Shown here piece by piece: positions 10,036 to 21,594 of a stretch of DNA of 64,000 bases. Where the stretch lies: assembly GCF_009914755.1 (NCBI RefSeq), contig NC_060927.1; one strand, given 5' to 3'. The notes beneath the pieces were generated by a model, which worked only from the letters and a program-made list of their open reading frames with translations, ran no database searches and was not told the DNA's origin. The translations under genes were made by a program, and so were the position numbers. Within the stretch, counting starts at the first letter, position 1. The number at the start of each line of letters is the position of its first letter. The DNA comes from the human T2T-CHM13v2.0 reference genome, Homo sapiens.

Positions 10036-10318
10036 CTGTTTGAGGATGGGCCAGGGGCCTGAAGTCAGAGGTCAGGGCTTGGGGAATGAGTGGAATCAAG
10101 GATAAAGGGTCAAGAGAACAGTGCTCATGGGCCAGAGGACACCTGGGTCATGCGTGAAGCCAAGGGAGGGGTCACGGGTAAAGGATGAGAGACAGCAACT
10201 TGGTCACAGGACACAGGCAAGAGGTTAGGGCCCAAGTCAGGTGGCGGAGGTCAGCAAGCTGGACAGGAATTGCAGATTGCGTCCAAGGAAGGGTTAAAAG
10301 GTCAGGGGCCAGGCGCAC

Positions 10319-10439
10319 CTTGCAGTGACACTGCCCATTTGTCTTGTTGCAGTTGGGATCAAAACCTTTGTGAACATCACAGTTGCAGGGGCCACAGGTT
10401 GGGCTCCCCCACCAGCCCCGTGGGCACTGCTGGTCCATC
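10319..10439 (-). CDS. CELSR3: CELSR3 exon 14 (EGF-like)
   Basis: CCAG|GATGGAC...AAG|GTGCG; QCPRGWWGSPTCGPCNC. Confidence 0.95.
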
Positions 10440-10536
10440 CTGGGGGTGCAGAGCCAGGTAAGATGCCTCCACGGTATCCCAGTGACCCTCCCTGTCCCTG
10501 CCAGGTCTCCCCATCGCCTCAGCCCCAGCCTCTTAC

Positions 10537-10678
10537 CTGTGCTCACAGTGGTGCCCGAAATAGCCACCCACACAGTCACAGGTATAGCCATGGGGGGCTC
10601 CTGGCAGGTGCCGGCATGATCCCTGGTTCTGACAGGGGTTCAGGAGGCAGGCATCCACACAGCCTGGGCCGTAGTAAC
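10537..10678 (-). CDS. CELSR3: CELSR3 exon 13 (EGF)
   Basis: GCAG|GTTAC...CACAG|GTAAG; GYYGPGCVDACLLNPCQNQGSC. Confidence 0.95.
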
Positions 10679-10836
10679 CTGCAGATTGGGTCAGAAAGCT
10701 CAGGATCCTGGTCGCAGAGCATGGAAGGAAGCAGGCACCCGTCCCGAGTCCCTGCCTCCTTCAGGTTCCCCAGTCTTCATCATGGGCCCCTAACGCCTGC
10801 CCAGGTCACCCTTCCCCCAACCCTCTCAAGGCTCAC

Positions 10837-11008
10837 CTGGCTGGCAGGTGCAAGAAAAGGTCTGCCAGAGGTCCCGGCAGTCTGCGTGAGGTGGGCAGGG
10901 CCCAGAGGCACAGGCGTTGGTCACAACACAGCCAGGCTCCGCATTCACTCGGTGGCTGGGGGGTAGCAGGGCCGGGGAGCCAGAGGGTGTGGAGCCGAGC
11001 CACACCCC
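10837..11008 (-). CDS. CELSR3: CELSR3 exon 12 (LamG2 end/EGF)
   Basis: CAG|GGGGTG...CCAG|GTGAG; NACASGPCPPHADC. Confidence 0.95.
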
Positions 11009-11396
11009 CTGTGGACACACAGCCAGCAAGGGGTGAGACCATGTTAAGGCACCTCAGCCTCAAGTACTGCAGAGCCAGCCACCCGGTCTGATGATCCTTG
11101 ACATGCAGTCTTCTGATACCCTCAAAAAACCCAGGCCTCAAAAATATCCCCAATTTGGTACCCCTGTGGGACCCTAATTGTGCTGTTTCTGACACAGATT
11201 CCTAAAGGCCCTTGATAATCCAAGCTAGACTCCCACCTCCAATGCCACAGAAAGGCTTGACCTAGCTCTCAACTCTGGGTCATTCACCCCCTCGCACCAA
11301 CCCCCACTTGAATACTGCCTTTCAGGTCCCAAGGAGCCCCTGACTTCTGACCCCTGACCCTAATGCCCCATATCACATTCCCATGCTGACCCCCAC

Positions 11397-11513
11397 CTGG
11401 ATGCAGCCAACCAGACCCTGAGGAGCCTCCTCTGCACTGCCGGGGGGCAGGCCTCCCACGTGGAGCTGCTTTACCTTCAGGCCCTGCAGCTCACTCCCCA
11501 CCGCCATGGTGTC
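11397..11513 (-). CDS. CELSR3: CELSR3 exon 11 (LamG2)
   Basis: CCAG|GACACC...CAG|GTGGG; DTMAVGSELQGLKVKQLHVGG...GCIQ; absent from the ORF track. Confidence 0.93.
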
Positions 11514-11961
11514 CTGGAGGAAGTGGGGCAGTCAGCACTGAGGGAGAGGGGCCTGATGAACCCCTGTCATAGCCCAGAGTCAGTCTTGGCCTTCTTCTAG
11601 CCCTTCTAGGCTGCCCCCTCCCTCCTGGACCCACAGTAGACCTTAATATTGCTTGATTTTGACCGGGGGTGGGTAGAGACTGGGGCAGAGACTAGAAGGG
11701 GCTTCTAGGAATCAGGCAAAGTGCTGGCTACAGAGGTTCCCCAAGACCAGGCCCCAAATCTGGCACAAAGAGGGCTTGAGAGTGGACCAACTTGGCTGGT
11801 GGGTGGGCTCAGTGCAAGGATATATGGTGGGGAACTAGGGGTAGAACATCAGACTCAGTGCAGTGGAGGGAACTGAGAGGAGCTGGACTAGAGGTGGGGT
11901 CAAATAAGGCGGATCTGGTTGGAAGGCTGAGAACAGACTACCCCGGGGTCAGAGGCCAGAC

Positions 11962-12147
11962 CTGGAAGAGGCTAAAGTCCAGTGAGACCATAAGGACATG
12001 GTGGCCCCGCCGGCCACCTGGTTCCTCCTGCAACTCCAGCCGCAGATCGTGCCACCGGCCATCACTGACAGTCACCTGGTCCAGAAGGAGATGGGAAGCA
12101 CGGCCCGAGCCCCTGGTCACTGTCACAGACAGTAACCCCCGATCTAG
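11962..12147 (-). CDS. CELSR3: CELSR3 exon 10 (LamG2)
   Basis: CAG|CTAGAT...CAG|GTCTG; VSDGRWHDL. Confidence 0.94.
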
Positions 12148-12578
12148 CTGTGGGCAGAGATGCATAGCCCTGGGGTTAGAGCCCCATGTGGGCTGGGACT
12201 TGGAGGTGAGATCAGAGGGCTCAGAGGTCAGGAATATCAGAGGTCAGAACAGTGGGGTCAAGGTTATACCTGGCACAAAGGGCACTGTGCCAGGGGACAT
12301 CATGTTGCTGATATGGGGTCAGGGGGCAGAGGATAGGACCAGGTGTTGTGGGTGGGTTGGTGCAGCTTGCATAAGAGAGAGCTATGCTGGAGCCCTGCAC
12401 CTGCAGAGGATATAATGATGGAAAGAGAATCAAGGGCTAGGGTCCAGAGCAGGGTCAAGTGTGGTTGGGACACCTGGCAGAAAAGTATGCTGTGTGACCA
12501 ACCTGAACCCACAAGAATGTCAGTGGCGGCCTAAGAGACTGAGAACTGAGGGTATAGGGGTGAGCAGGGTGGACACAC

Positions 12579-12748
12579 CTGGCAAAGGAGCGTGCTGTGT
12601 GGCCCAGCCTGCACTTGCATCAGGACCCCCTGCGTTGCCCGTGTCCGAAATGCCAGCCCCAGGTACCATGGCACAGACACAGCCATGTCACTTCCAAAGT
12701 TCCAGCTCAGTGTGCCGTTGCCACGGAAATGGTGGGGATGGGCCATAG
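12579..12748 (-). CDS. CELSR3: CELSR3 exon 9 (LamG2)
   Basis: CAG|CTATG...CAG|GTGTGT; PWYLGLAFRTRATQGVL. Confidence 0.95.
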
Positions 12749-12837
12749 CTGAGTGGATAAGAGAAACAGGGTTACAGCCCCTGCCCCAGGAACAGATCTG
12801 ACCCTGCAGGCCCCTCTGCCCCATGCTGCCCACTTAC

Positions 12838-12963
12838 TAAGCTGACAGTCTTTGCCGCCGAAGCCCACAGGGCAGTCGCAGCTGAAGCTGCCCCAGCGCT
12901 CCGAGCAGAAGCCACTGTTCTTGCAGGGGCCTGAGTCACAAAAGTGTAGCTTGGCTTGGCAGC
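12838..12963 (-). CDS. CELSR3: CELSR3 exon 8 (EGF)
   Basis: CCAG|GCTGC...CTTA|GTAAGT; FCDSGPCKNSGFC. Confidence 0.95.
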
Positions 12964-13248
12964 CTGGGAGAGGAAAGCACATGGCGGACATGAGAACAAG
13001 GGTTGGGGGGCACAAGTGCTGGACAGGACTTTAGTGTCCAGAGGGGCTGAAAGAGACCAAGATCTCAGCCCCATTTCCCATTTTCTTTCGATGAGTGGGG
13101 TTGGTAAGAGTCAGGCCCTAAAATCTGGGCTGTAGCATGGTGCTTGCCACCAAAGGAGACTGGCTTGAAGTCAGGTATGGAGTCCTCCACTTCCTCCCTA
13201 TGATGGGGACAGGGCCATGGGCTAGGCTGGTGGAAGCTTCAGGCCTAC

Positions 13249-13412
13249 CTGCCATGGTGCCATTATTTGCGACAAAAGCCGCCATGTCCACTCGGCGGCC
13301 ATCAATGTGCAGGTCCCGCATACAGCCGATGAAGTCCTTATGGGATACGGGGAAGTTCTCGGGGAGGTTGGGGACACCTCCCAGAAGAAGAGGGCCCGTC
13401 AGGTCCAGGGAC
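13249..13412 (-). CDS. CELSR3: CELSR3 exon 7 (LamG1)
   Basis: CCAG|GTCCCTG...GCAG|GTAGG; SLDLTGPLLLGGVP...FIGCMRDL. Confidence 0.95.
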
Positions 13413-14003
13413 CTGGGGATCAGGGGTCTGGGTCATTGGTGGGACTGGGGCCAGAGTAGAGTTGCTCCTGGGGGGCCACAGGAAGCAGGGGGGTAGGACC
13501 CAGAGGGTAGGGTGATTGAGGGAGGAAAATAAGGCCGAGCTGTGGAAGGAGTTAGGATCTTACTTCAGTTGGGGTGCAAAGGGGCACCCGTGATGGGCCG
13601 ATGGTCTGGGGAAAGGTAGGTGAATGGGGGTTGAGAGCTATGATGAAAGAATGAGGCATCTGGCTGGCTGGGGAGGGGATGGAGACGTGAAGACTCTGGG
13701 GGACTGGACATGAGATGAAGGGACTCGGAGGGGATGTGGGACATTAGTGAGACTGGGGTGGGGAGGTGGAGGCTTTGGAGGACTGCCTGGGGACTGTGTG
13801 TGGGAGGAGGGAGTATGGGGTGGAATACAGGATTGGGGGCTAGGGTGAGTAGGCTTTCAGGGTCTTTGAGAGGAGAGGGGAATCTTGGTGGTTTGGGGGA
13901 AAGATGGGAGAGTTTGGCAGGATGGGATGAGGAATGGGATGTGAAGGGTTGGAGTGGGCTTTGGTAGGCAGGGGACAAGGGGACTAGGGGGCAGGGGCCT
14001 CAC

Positions 14004-14161
14004 TTCTTGGAGCTTGTTTGCACACCAGCAGCCGCGCATGAGTAGTTGCCAATCTCAGCACCAAACTGCAGAGCCACGGCCACATCACAATCATCCACGC
14101 TTAGCACAGCCACCTTGTCCTTGGAGGGGCCCTGTGCACCCCCTAGGGCATCTGTCCGGGG
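14004..14161 (-). CDS. CELSR3: CELSR3 exon 6 (LamG1)
   Basis: TTCAG|CCCCGG...AAGAA|GTGAG; KVAVLSVDDCDVAVALQFG. Confidence 0.94.
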
Positions 14162-14265
14162 CTGAAGACGCAGGCACACCAGTCAACAGTGCCCCCAGTA
14201 ACCCCTGAGGAGCAGAAGTCAGCATCCCAACTCCCCTCATACCCGATGCCAGGGATGGCCCCCAC

Positions 14266-14354
14266 CTTGTTGTAGTATCTCAGATGCACTGTATGCCATT
14301 GCCCGTCACTCAAGCCCCCTGGAACTGTGGGGCTGACCACGGTGTTGGATTCAC
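14266..14354 (-). CDS. CELSR3: CELSR3 exon 5 (LamG1)
   Basis: CCAG|GTGAA...AAG|GTGGG; GLSDGQWHTVHLRYYNK. Confidence 0.95.
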
Positions 14355-14695
14355 CTGGAGGGGAGATGCATGTGGAATCATCAGGAGCAGCGGAGTCGCC
14401 CCATCCCACCCGTCATATAAGCACAACCATTCCCAGGGCCACCCTGGATGCATCAGATCAGTCCCCCCACTGGTGACCACAATGGCTGGCTCAGAGTGCC
14501 TTTGAACAGACAGGAGAAACAGACTTCTTGGAGGGAGGGACCTTCCCACAGGGAATGGCCAAGGAGCTAGGTCTTCAGGGCTTGCATGGCGTGGAGTGTG
14601 TGCTCAGGTGCACAGTGAAGCAAACCTGAGGGGACTTGGGCCCTGCGTCCTCCAGCACACACGCACCCTTTCGCCGTCACATCCGGGGCACCCAC

Positions 14696-14811
14696 CCGTG
14701 GAATATGTGAGCCGCACTTGGCCAGCCACGAGTTCCAGGGCCAGGAAGTCGTGCTTCTCGTTCAGGCGCCCGTTGTAGAAGAGCAGCCCGCTCTGCTGCA
14801 CTGTCGCGAAC
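14696..14811 (-). CDS. CELSR3: CELSR3 exon 4 (LamG1)
   Basis: CCAG|GTTCGCG...ACGG|GTGGG; FATVQQSGLLFYNGRLNEKHDF. Confidence 0.95.
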
Positions 14812-15098
14812 CTGGGCGGGGTGGGAGGGGGTTGCGGGGGTGGGAGCGTCAGGAGCAGGGTACCACTTCACACCCACCATCCCTGCGAGGAGAAGGGGCT
14901 GGGGCGAGAGAGGAAGCGACGAGGGACGGCGGGACCGACCGGGGGGACGCGGGTGCAGCGAGGTCAGGAGACCCCGGGCGGGGCGTCAGGGGAGGGGCGG
15001 TGTCTCATGGGGATGCCAGGACGGGGCAGTCAGGAATCTGAGTCAGGGCGGGTAGGTGGGGGCGGCGGGGAGGCGCTCAGACACGGGGCGGGCACCTA

Positions 15099-15353
<255 letters not shown>

Positions 15354-15657
15354 TCACGCCCACGCCCGCCCCTGCTCCGGCCCCTTCAAAGACCGCGCGC
15401 CCAGAGGCCGGGTGCCAAGACCCCCGAAAGGTCGCCCTCTTCGGTGGACACGCCCCTTCCGTCTGGCCCCGCCCCCTCCCCAGTCTCATCGCTGCCTCGG
15501 CGGCGGCCCCTTCCGGCCACGCTCTACGGCTTCTGGCCTAAGCGCGTCCATACCAGGCCGTGGCCTCAGAAGTGACTCCCAGTACTCACTCGCATTGTGG
15601 TCCCGCCCCCAGCCTTGGCCCGTGCTTCCCCCAGCTCTGGCCCGGCGCCCTGCTCAC

Positions 15658-16308
15658 CGGTGAAGCGCGGGCGGCAGACGCACGTGTAGCCTCCCTCGCG
15701 CCGCGCGCAGGCTCCGCCGTTGCGACATGGGTTGGAGTAGCAGAGGTCGAGCTCGGTCTCGCAAAAGTCTCCCGTGAATCCGGGCGGGCAGCGGCAGCGC
15801 AGGCCAGCGATGGGCTGGATGGGTCGGAACAGCGTGGAGGCCGAGGCCAGGAAGGGCGCGGACGAGTCAAAGCGGAGCACGGACACGCATTTCATGTAGT
15901 TCTCACAGGGCTCTCGCAGGCACACGTTGTCGTCGAAGGGCAGTACGTCGAGCAGGGAGCGAGCCGCCAGCGCCGCCCGGCGCACGTACAACTGCTCCTG
16001 CAGCTCCTCGGAGCTGAACCAGGGCCCTGCAGCGCCCGCCCCGGCCCCACGTGGAGCTAGCGCCGAGAAACTCACATTGAGCACGGTGCCCCCTACGTCT
16101 GTGTCGTTCTGGATGTTGAAGATGAAGACGTCCTCAGCGGGCGTAGCGAGCACCGCAGCCACGCCCTCGAGGAAGCGGCCCAGCAGCGGTGACAGGAAGC
16201 GCTCCTGCCACATGTTCTCAAGGCGCACGGTCAGGCTGTTGGCCAGCAACTCCTCCGTGATGATGACCACGCGCAGCACACACTGCGCCGTCACGCTGTG
16301 CAGGCCAT
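15658..16308 (-). CDS. CELSR3: CELSR3 exon 2 (last cadherin repeat end, EGF1-2)
   Basis: GCAG|ATGGCC...ACCG|GTGAG; 651 nt; DGLHSVTAQC...CYSNPCRNGG. Confidence 0.96.
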
Positions 16309-16930
16309 CTGCAGGCGGGGGCAGGGGCAGTGGTCATCCTGGGGACAGTGGCCACCCCTCCCTGGGACACAAGAGGGCTGGGGCCAGCGATAGCCTAGGC
16401 CCCCAGAACCTCTAAGTCAGCAGGCTGACCCCACCAGGACACAAGGGAGTCTGGGGCTAGTGACCACCAGCTCCCCCAGCATCAAGGTGTCAAAAAGCTG
16501 CTGCTTCCTCCCCCAATCCCCAATACACGGAGGGGTCTGGGCCAAGGATCAAGCAACCCCACACAGTGCCCATGGGTTAGCAAGTCACTCCCGCAACAGC
16601 ACTCAAGTACCCTAAGTACTCAGTAACCCACACTTCCCCAAGTTATCATGGTCAGCAGGCCACCCCAACTCAGGACACAGAGAGGAGCTAGGGCCACTGG
16701 CCACTCATTCCCAGCCACCTTTCCCTTCTCCCCTCCTCCAGCATAGCAGAACCAGCAAAACATCCCCCTCCAGAAAAGAAGGGTTCCAGATCAGGGATCA
16801 CCTATCTCCTATTTTTGGTCAGCAAATTGCTCTTCCATGACACTAGAAGGGGCCCTGGCCCAGTGAAGACTCAATGCCATCCTCCAGAATCCTGGGTTAT
16901 CAAGCTCCAGGGGGGTCTTGAACCCTGACA

Positions 16931-16951
16931 TACACACACACACACACACAC
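16931..16951. repeat. (CA)n microsatellite
   Basis: tacacacacacacacacacac. Confidence 0.9.
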
Positions 16952-17846
16952 CAGCATTCTTGAGTTAGCAGCCTGCTCGCCACTCCAGACCTGGGTCCTG
17001 TGGTTTCACAGTGACCACCCCAGAGATGAAGGTGAGGTGCTTAGCTGCCTTGTTCGTCTTGTCCCCACACCCTAGCACATACTGGGTGGTCAATAAGGAT
17101 AGACTGTTGAGTGAGTTGAGGGATAAATGAAGGTTGTGCCTTCTCAGGCAGTGCCAGGAGTCCCTGCTCCAGAACTGAGGAATGAGCACCAGTGAAGCCT
17201 ATTTCCCAACCTCTGCAGCCTCCAGTAGGCAGAACTTCAAGAGCCTCTCCCACCTGCACTCTCCTATTATGGAGGGGTTTCTGAAAGACTGGAGCAGATG
17301 GGGCAGGAAAGAGGCAAGTGGACCTCTGGACATTTTCCCAAAGGTCAGGGTCTCAGGCCCTACGAAGCCACTGTCCACCTGAAGCTTCCATAGTAAGCTG
17401 CTGTTCCTGACCACTCAAGTATTGGTCATTTCCTGCACAGATAGGGTAAGCGTCAGACTGGACCCAAAGTAACCCTTCGTCTGAACATGGGCATAGTGTG
17501 GACTGACTGGCCCATACTGGCTTTGCCTAGGACCTCCAGAGGATTACCCCAGGACCTCTGACCTTTTATCAGGAGGGGAGATATCCCTAGGTAGCAGACA
17601 GTTCTTTACAGGCTTTATGGGGTCTGCTAGATGCCTTGGAATCACTGGGATTCTGTGGAGATTATCCAGGAACCTAAGCAGAGTCCTTGTGAGGTCTGTG
17701 GCAGATCTTGTAGGGTGCAGGAACCCTACCCTTAAGGGGTTCTTGGAAGGCTTAGAAATCCCTCTTTGGTTTGAGGTGCCCTGTGGAGTCCCTGAGGCCC
17801 AACAGGTTGGTGTCACTGGGTCACTTGCCTGCCCCCTGCCCCTCAC

Positions 17847-20800
17847 CTGTGACAGTCACCAACATGGAGGCCACCAGTGGGCGGTTATTGTCTAGCTTTC
17901 GGCTGAGTCGCAGCTCCCCACTGGTCTGGTTGACTACCAGCAGCTGCAGCTCATTGCCACGCTCAAAGGAGTAGAAGAGGTGGTCGGAGACATCGGGGTC
18001 ATAAGCTGGGATGCGCCCAATAATGCCCGACGGGAAGGTGTCTGAACGGTTGGATACATAGTTGTTGAAGAGGATCTGGAAGTTGTTGAGCACAGGGCTG
18101 TTGTCATTCTGGTCAACCAGGCGGACGTGCACAGTGGCCCGGCTGACCAAAGGAGCAGATGTGGCCTGCACCACAATCACATATTCTTGGCGAGCCTCAT
18201 AGTCTAGGTCAATGAGTGCCGTCAGTTCTCCAGAGAAGATGTCCATTTGGAACAGCTCAGGGATGTTCCCCTCCACGATCTGGTACATTATATGGGCATT
18301 GGGGCCTTCGTCAGGGTCCACTGCAGTGATCTGGGCCACCACTGAGCCCACAATGCTATTCTCTTTCACCCGCACCTCAAACTCCTCAGCTGGGAAGACA
18401 GGTGCATTGTCGTTCACATCCTGCACCATCACCTGGATACTGACTGGAGTCCGGAGTGGGGGCACACCTCTGTCCACTGCGTAGGCAGTCAACTCATACA
18501 CTGATACTGCCTCCCGGTCTAGCCGCCTTACTGTACGGACAATTCCAGAGGTGGGCTCAATGGTAAAATCTCCATCCCCATCTTCACCATTCTGGAAAGT
18601 GTACTGGACCCGGCCATTGGCATGAGCATCCCGGTCAGTGGCTGAGATCTGCAGGACACTGGTGAAAGGTGGGGCATCCTCAGAGACCAGCCCTGTATAG
18701 TGGGAGGCCACAAATTGTGGAGCATTGTCATTCACGTCATTGACCATCACCTCCACATAAGTAGTGTCTGCCTTCTGTGGGATGCCATTGTCCCGAGCTG
18801 TGATAGCCAGGGTGTAGGTCACCTGGTCCTCATAGTCTAATGGGGCCTGTAATGTAATGGCTCCTGAGTCTGCATCAATGCGGAACTGGGGCAGGTTGTC
18901 CTCCAGGAGATAGGTGATACGAGCATTCTCACCCACGTCATCATCAGAGGCACTGATGACCACTATGGTGCTACCCATTGGCCGATCTTCATTCACACTC
19001 ACTGAGTAGTGGGCACTTTGAAAGACCGGCCGATGAGTGTTGGCATCTGTGATGTTGATGTGCACATAGCAGTGATCATGAAGGGCACGGTCAGATGCAG
19101 TTAGTACCAGCTTGAAGTAGCGTTCCTGCTTGTAGTCCAGTGGCAGAGCCAGAGTCACCAGACCCACACCCCCCTGGGTGCTGATGGCAAAGCGATTCCG
19201 GGTGTTGCCGCCTGTGATCTGGTAGCTGATGGCACTGTTGGCATCACGGTCTACTGCGGTCACGCTGACCACACTGGTGCCCACAGCTGCATCCTCATTC
19301 AGTCGTAGGTGGTACTCCTTCATTGTGAACTCAGGCCGATTGTCATTAACGTCCAGCACAGTCACGGTGACACTGGCTGAGGCAGAGAGTGGGGGTGAGC
19401 CATGGTCTCGAGCCTCCACACCAAAGAAGTAATGCTCCACAGACTCACGGTCCAGGGGACCACTCACAGAGACCCAGCCAGTGGCGCTGTTTATCACAAA
19501 AGGAGTATCAGGTGCCACACCAGTTAGGGAGTACTCCAATCTGGCATTCTCCCCATGGTCTGCATCGACTGCCTGAATGTGGATGACTGAGTGACCCAAG
19601 GGAGCATTTTCCAAGACAGAAACTTGGAAGGGCGTGCTGACAAAAATAGGAATGTGGTCATTGATGTCCACCACCTGGATGCTGGCCAGGCCCGTGTTGT
19701 TGGACAGCGGTGGCCGGCCAGCATCCTGCGCCCTGATGCGCAAGGCATACTCTCTCTCTGCCTCGAAGTCCAGAGGTGCCACCACCTGGATCTCGCCAGT
19801 GAGGCTGTCGATGGCAAAGTGTCCACGGCTATTGCCACTGATGATGTTGTAGTGCACCAATCCGTTGGCGTCCTTGTCCCGGTCAGTGGCCGTGACGCGC
19901 AGCACGACTGTGTGGGGGCGCACATCCTCGCGCACCTGCGCCACGTAGCGCTTCTCGCTGAACTGAGGAGCATTGTCGTTCTCGTCTAGCACAGTTATGT
20001 GTACGCGCACAGTGGCCGAGCGCGGCCCGGGTTCCTGGCCCTGGTCGCTGGCTTCCACCACCAGCTCATAGCTTTCCATGTGCTCGCGGTCCACTCGGCC
20101 GCTGGTGCTGATGAGGCCGGAGCGTGGATCAATCTCGAAGGCGGCGGCAGCTGCAGCGCGCGCAGCTGGCGGCCCCACGAAGCGGTAGCGCAGGTTGGCG
20201 TTGGGGGGCGCGTCGCCGTCAGTGGCACGCAGCTGCAGGATAGGGTAGCCCTCCTCCACATTCTCGCGAAGGGTCTCCCGGTACTGCGCTTGCTCAAAAA
20301 CCGGCGAGTGGTCGTTGCGGTCGGCTACTGTCACGGCCACCATCGTGGTGGCCGAGAGGCGCGGCGACCCGTGGTCCTGCGCGGTCACACGCAGGTAGTG
20401 ACGCTCCATGCTCTCGCGGTCCAGAGCTGCCGCCGTACGGATAAGGCCGCTCTGCGGGTCGATGCTGAACAGCTCCAGCGAGCGGCTGTTCATGAGTGCC
20501 GCCAGCGAGTAGACTAGGCGCCCGGCCTCGCCGGCGTCCGGGTCCTGAGCAACCACGCGTAGCACCGCGGTGCCTGCTGCCTCATTCTCCGGCACCAGCG
20601 TCTGGTAGTTGTACTGCGGAAACTGCGGGTGGCGGTTTGCGGCGCGACGAAAGCGTGCCCGGTTCGCCGAGGTTACTTTCCTGGCTTCAGGACGGGCCGG
20701 GAGTCCCGGGGGACGCGGCCCGGGGCGCTGCGGGAGGAAGCGGCAGCGGAAGAGACCCCGGGAGCGCATGCGCTTGGGCGCCGGCTCGGGAGCTGTCCGA

Positions 20801-21594
20801 GACTCGCGGGGTGCTGAACCTGATGCAGGAGCTGTCCTCGCCGTGCGTGGTGCTGAATCCAGCTCGGGGCCAGATCCCGAGGCCCCTGGAAGACAGTTCC
20901 GCCGGGGGGCTGTCCTTTCTGCTCCGGATGTCGTGGCTCTCTCGCCCTGACCCTTGCTCCCTGTTGCCCATAATTCCCCACAGCAGCGCGCGGTGCCCAC
21001 TCTTTTGCGGGAGCCTGTCCCAGCGTTCCGCTGGGAGGACACCGGCTTGGGACCGTGGTGCCGAATCAAAAAGTCTGAAGGGAGGGGCGAGCTGTTCCCC
21101 GAGCCCGGGACCCCTGAGGACAGAGCCCCTGGTGACAGACTACCTCTTTGCAAAGGTCCTGTCCGCCCGCAAGAGGAGACCTCTGGGCGCCAGTATAACA
21201 CAGACCCTGGTCCCTGTCCTGTCTCTCGTTCGCGGCTGCCCAATGGCTGGACGCCGTGTTCAATCCCCAGCTCCTCATTCGGCTGCTCAGGGGGCCCTCG
21301 ACTATTCCGGGCGCTTTGCCTTCTCCCTCGGAGCCCCACGAAGATAGGCTCCCTGACCCCCAGGCCAGGCCCCCCATCCTCCCGGACCCCGGAAGACTCC
21401 GGACAAAGAGCTAAGGCTCCGCCACCGATATGCGCCCTTGGCCCCGTAGTGGCAGCTAAGCCTGGGTCCCAGCCCTGGTGCCCACCGCCCCCCAGCTCCT
21501 CCTGGCTGAGGGGGAACAAAGAGAGGAGAAGGAGCAGGAGTATGGGGGTCGACCGTCCCCCGAGGCCCCGCCACGGCGGCCGCCTCGCCATCAT
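17847..21594 (-). CDS. CELSR3: CELSR3 exon 1 CDS: signal peptide, prodomain with furin-like RARFRR (20644-20661), cadherin repeats
   Basis: MMARRPPWRG...ILLLLLLSLFPLSQE; repeated LDRE/DxNDNxP/DxD motifs; donor ACAG|GTGAG; 3748 nt, phase 1 matches exon 2. Confidence 0.98.
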
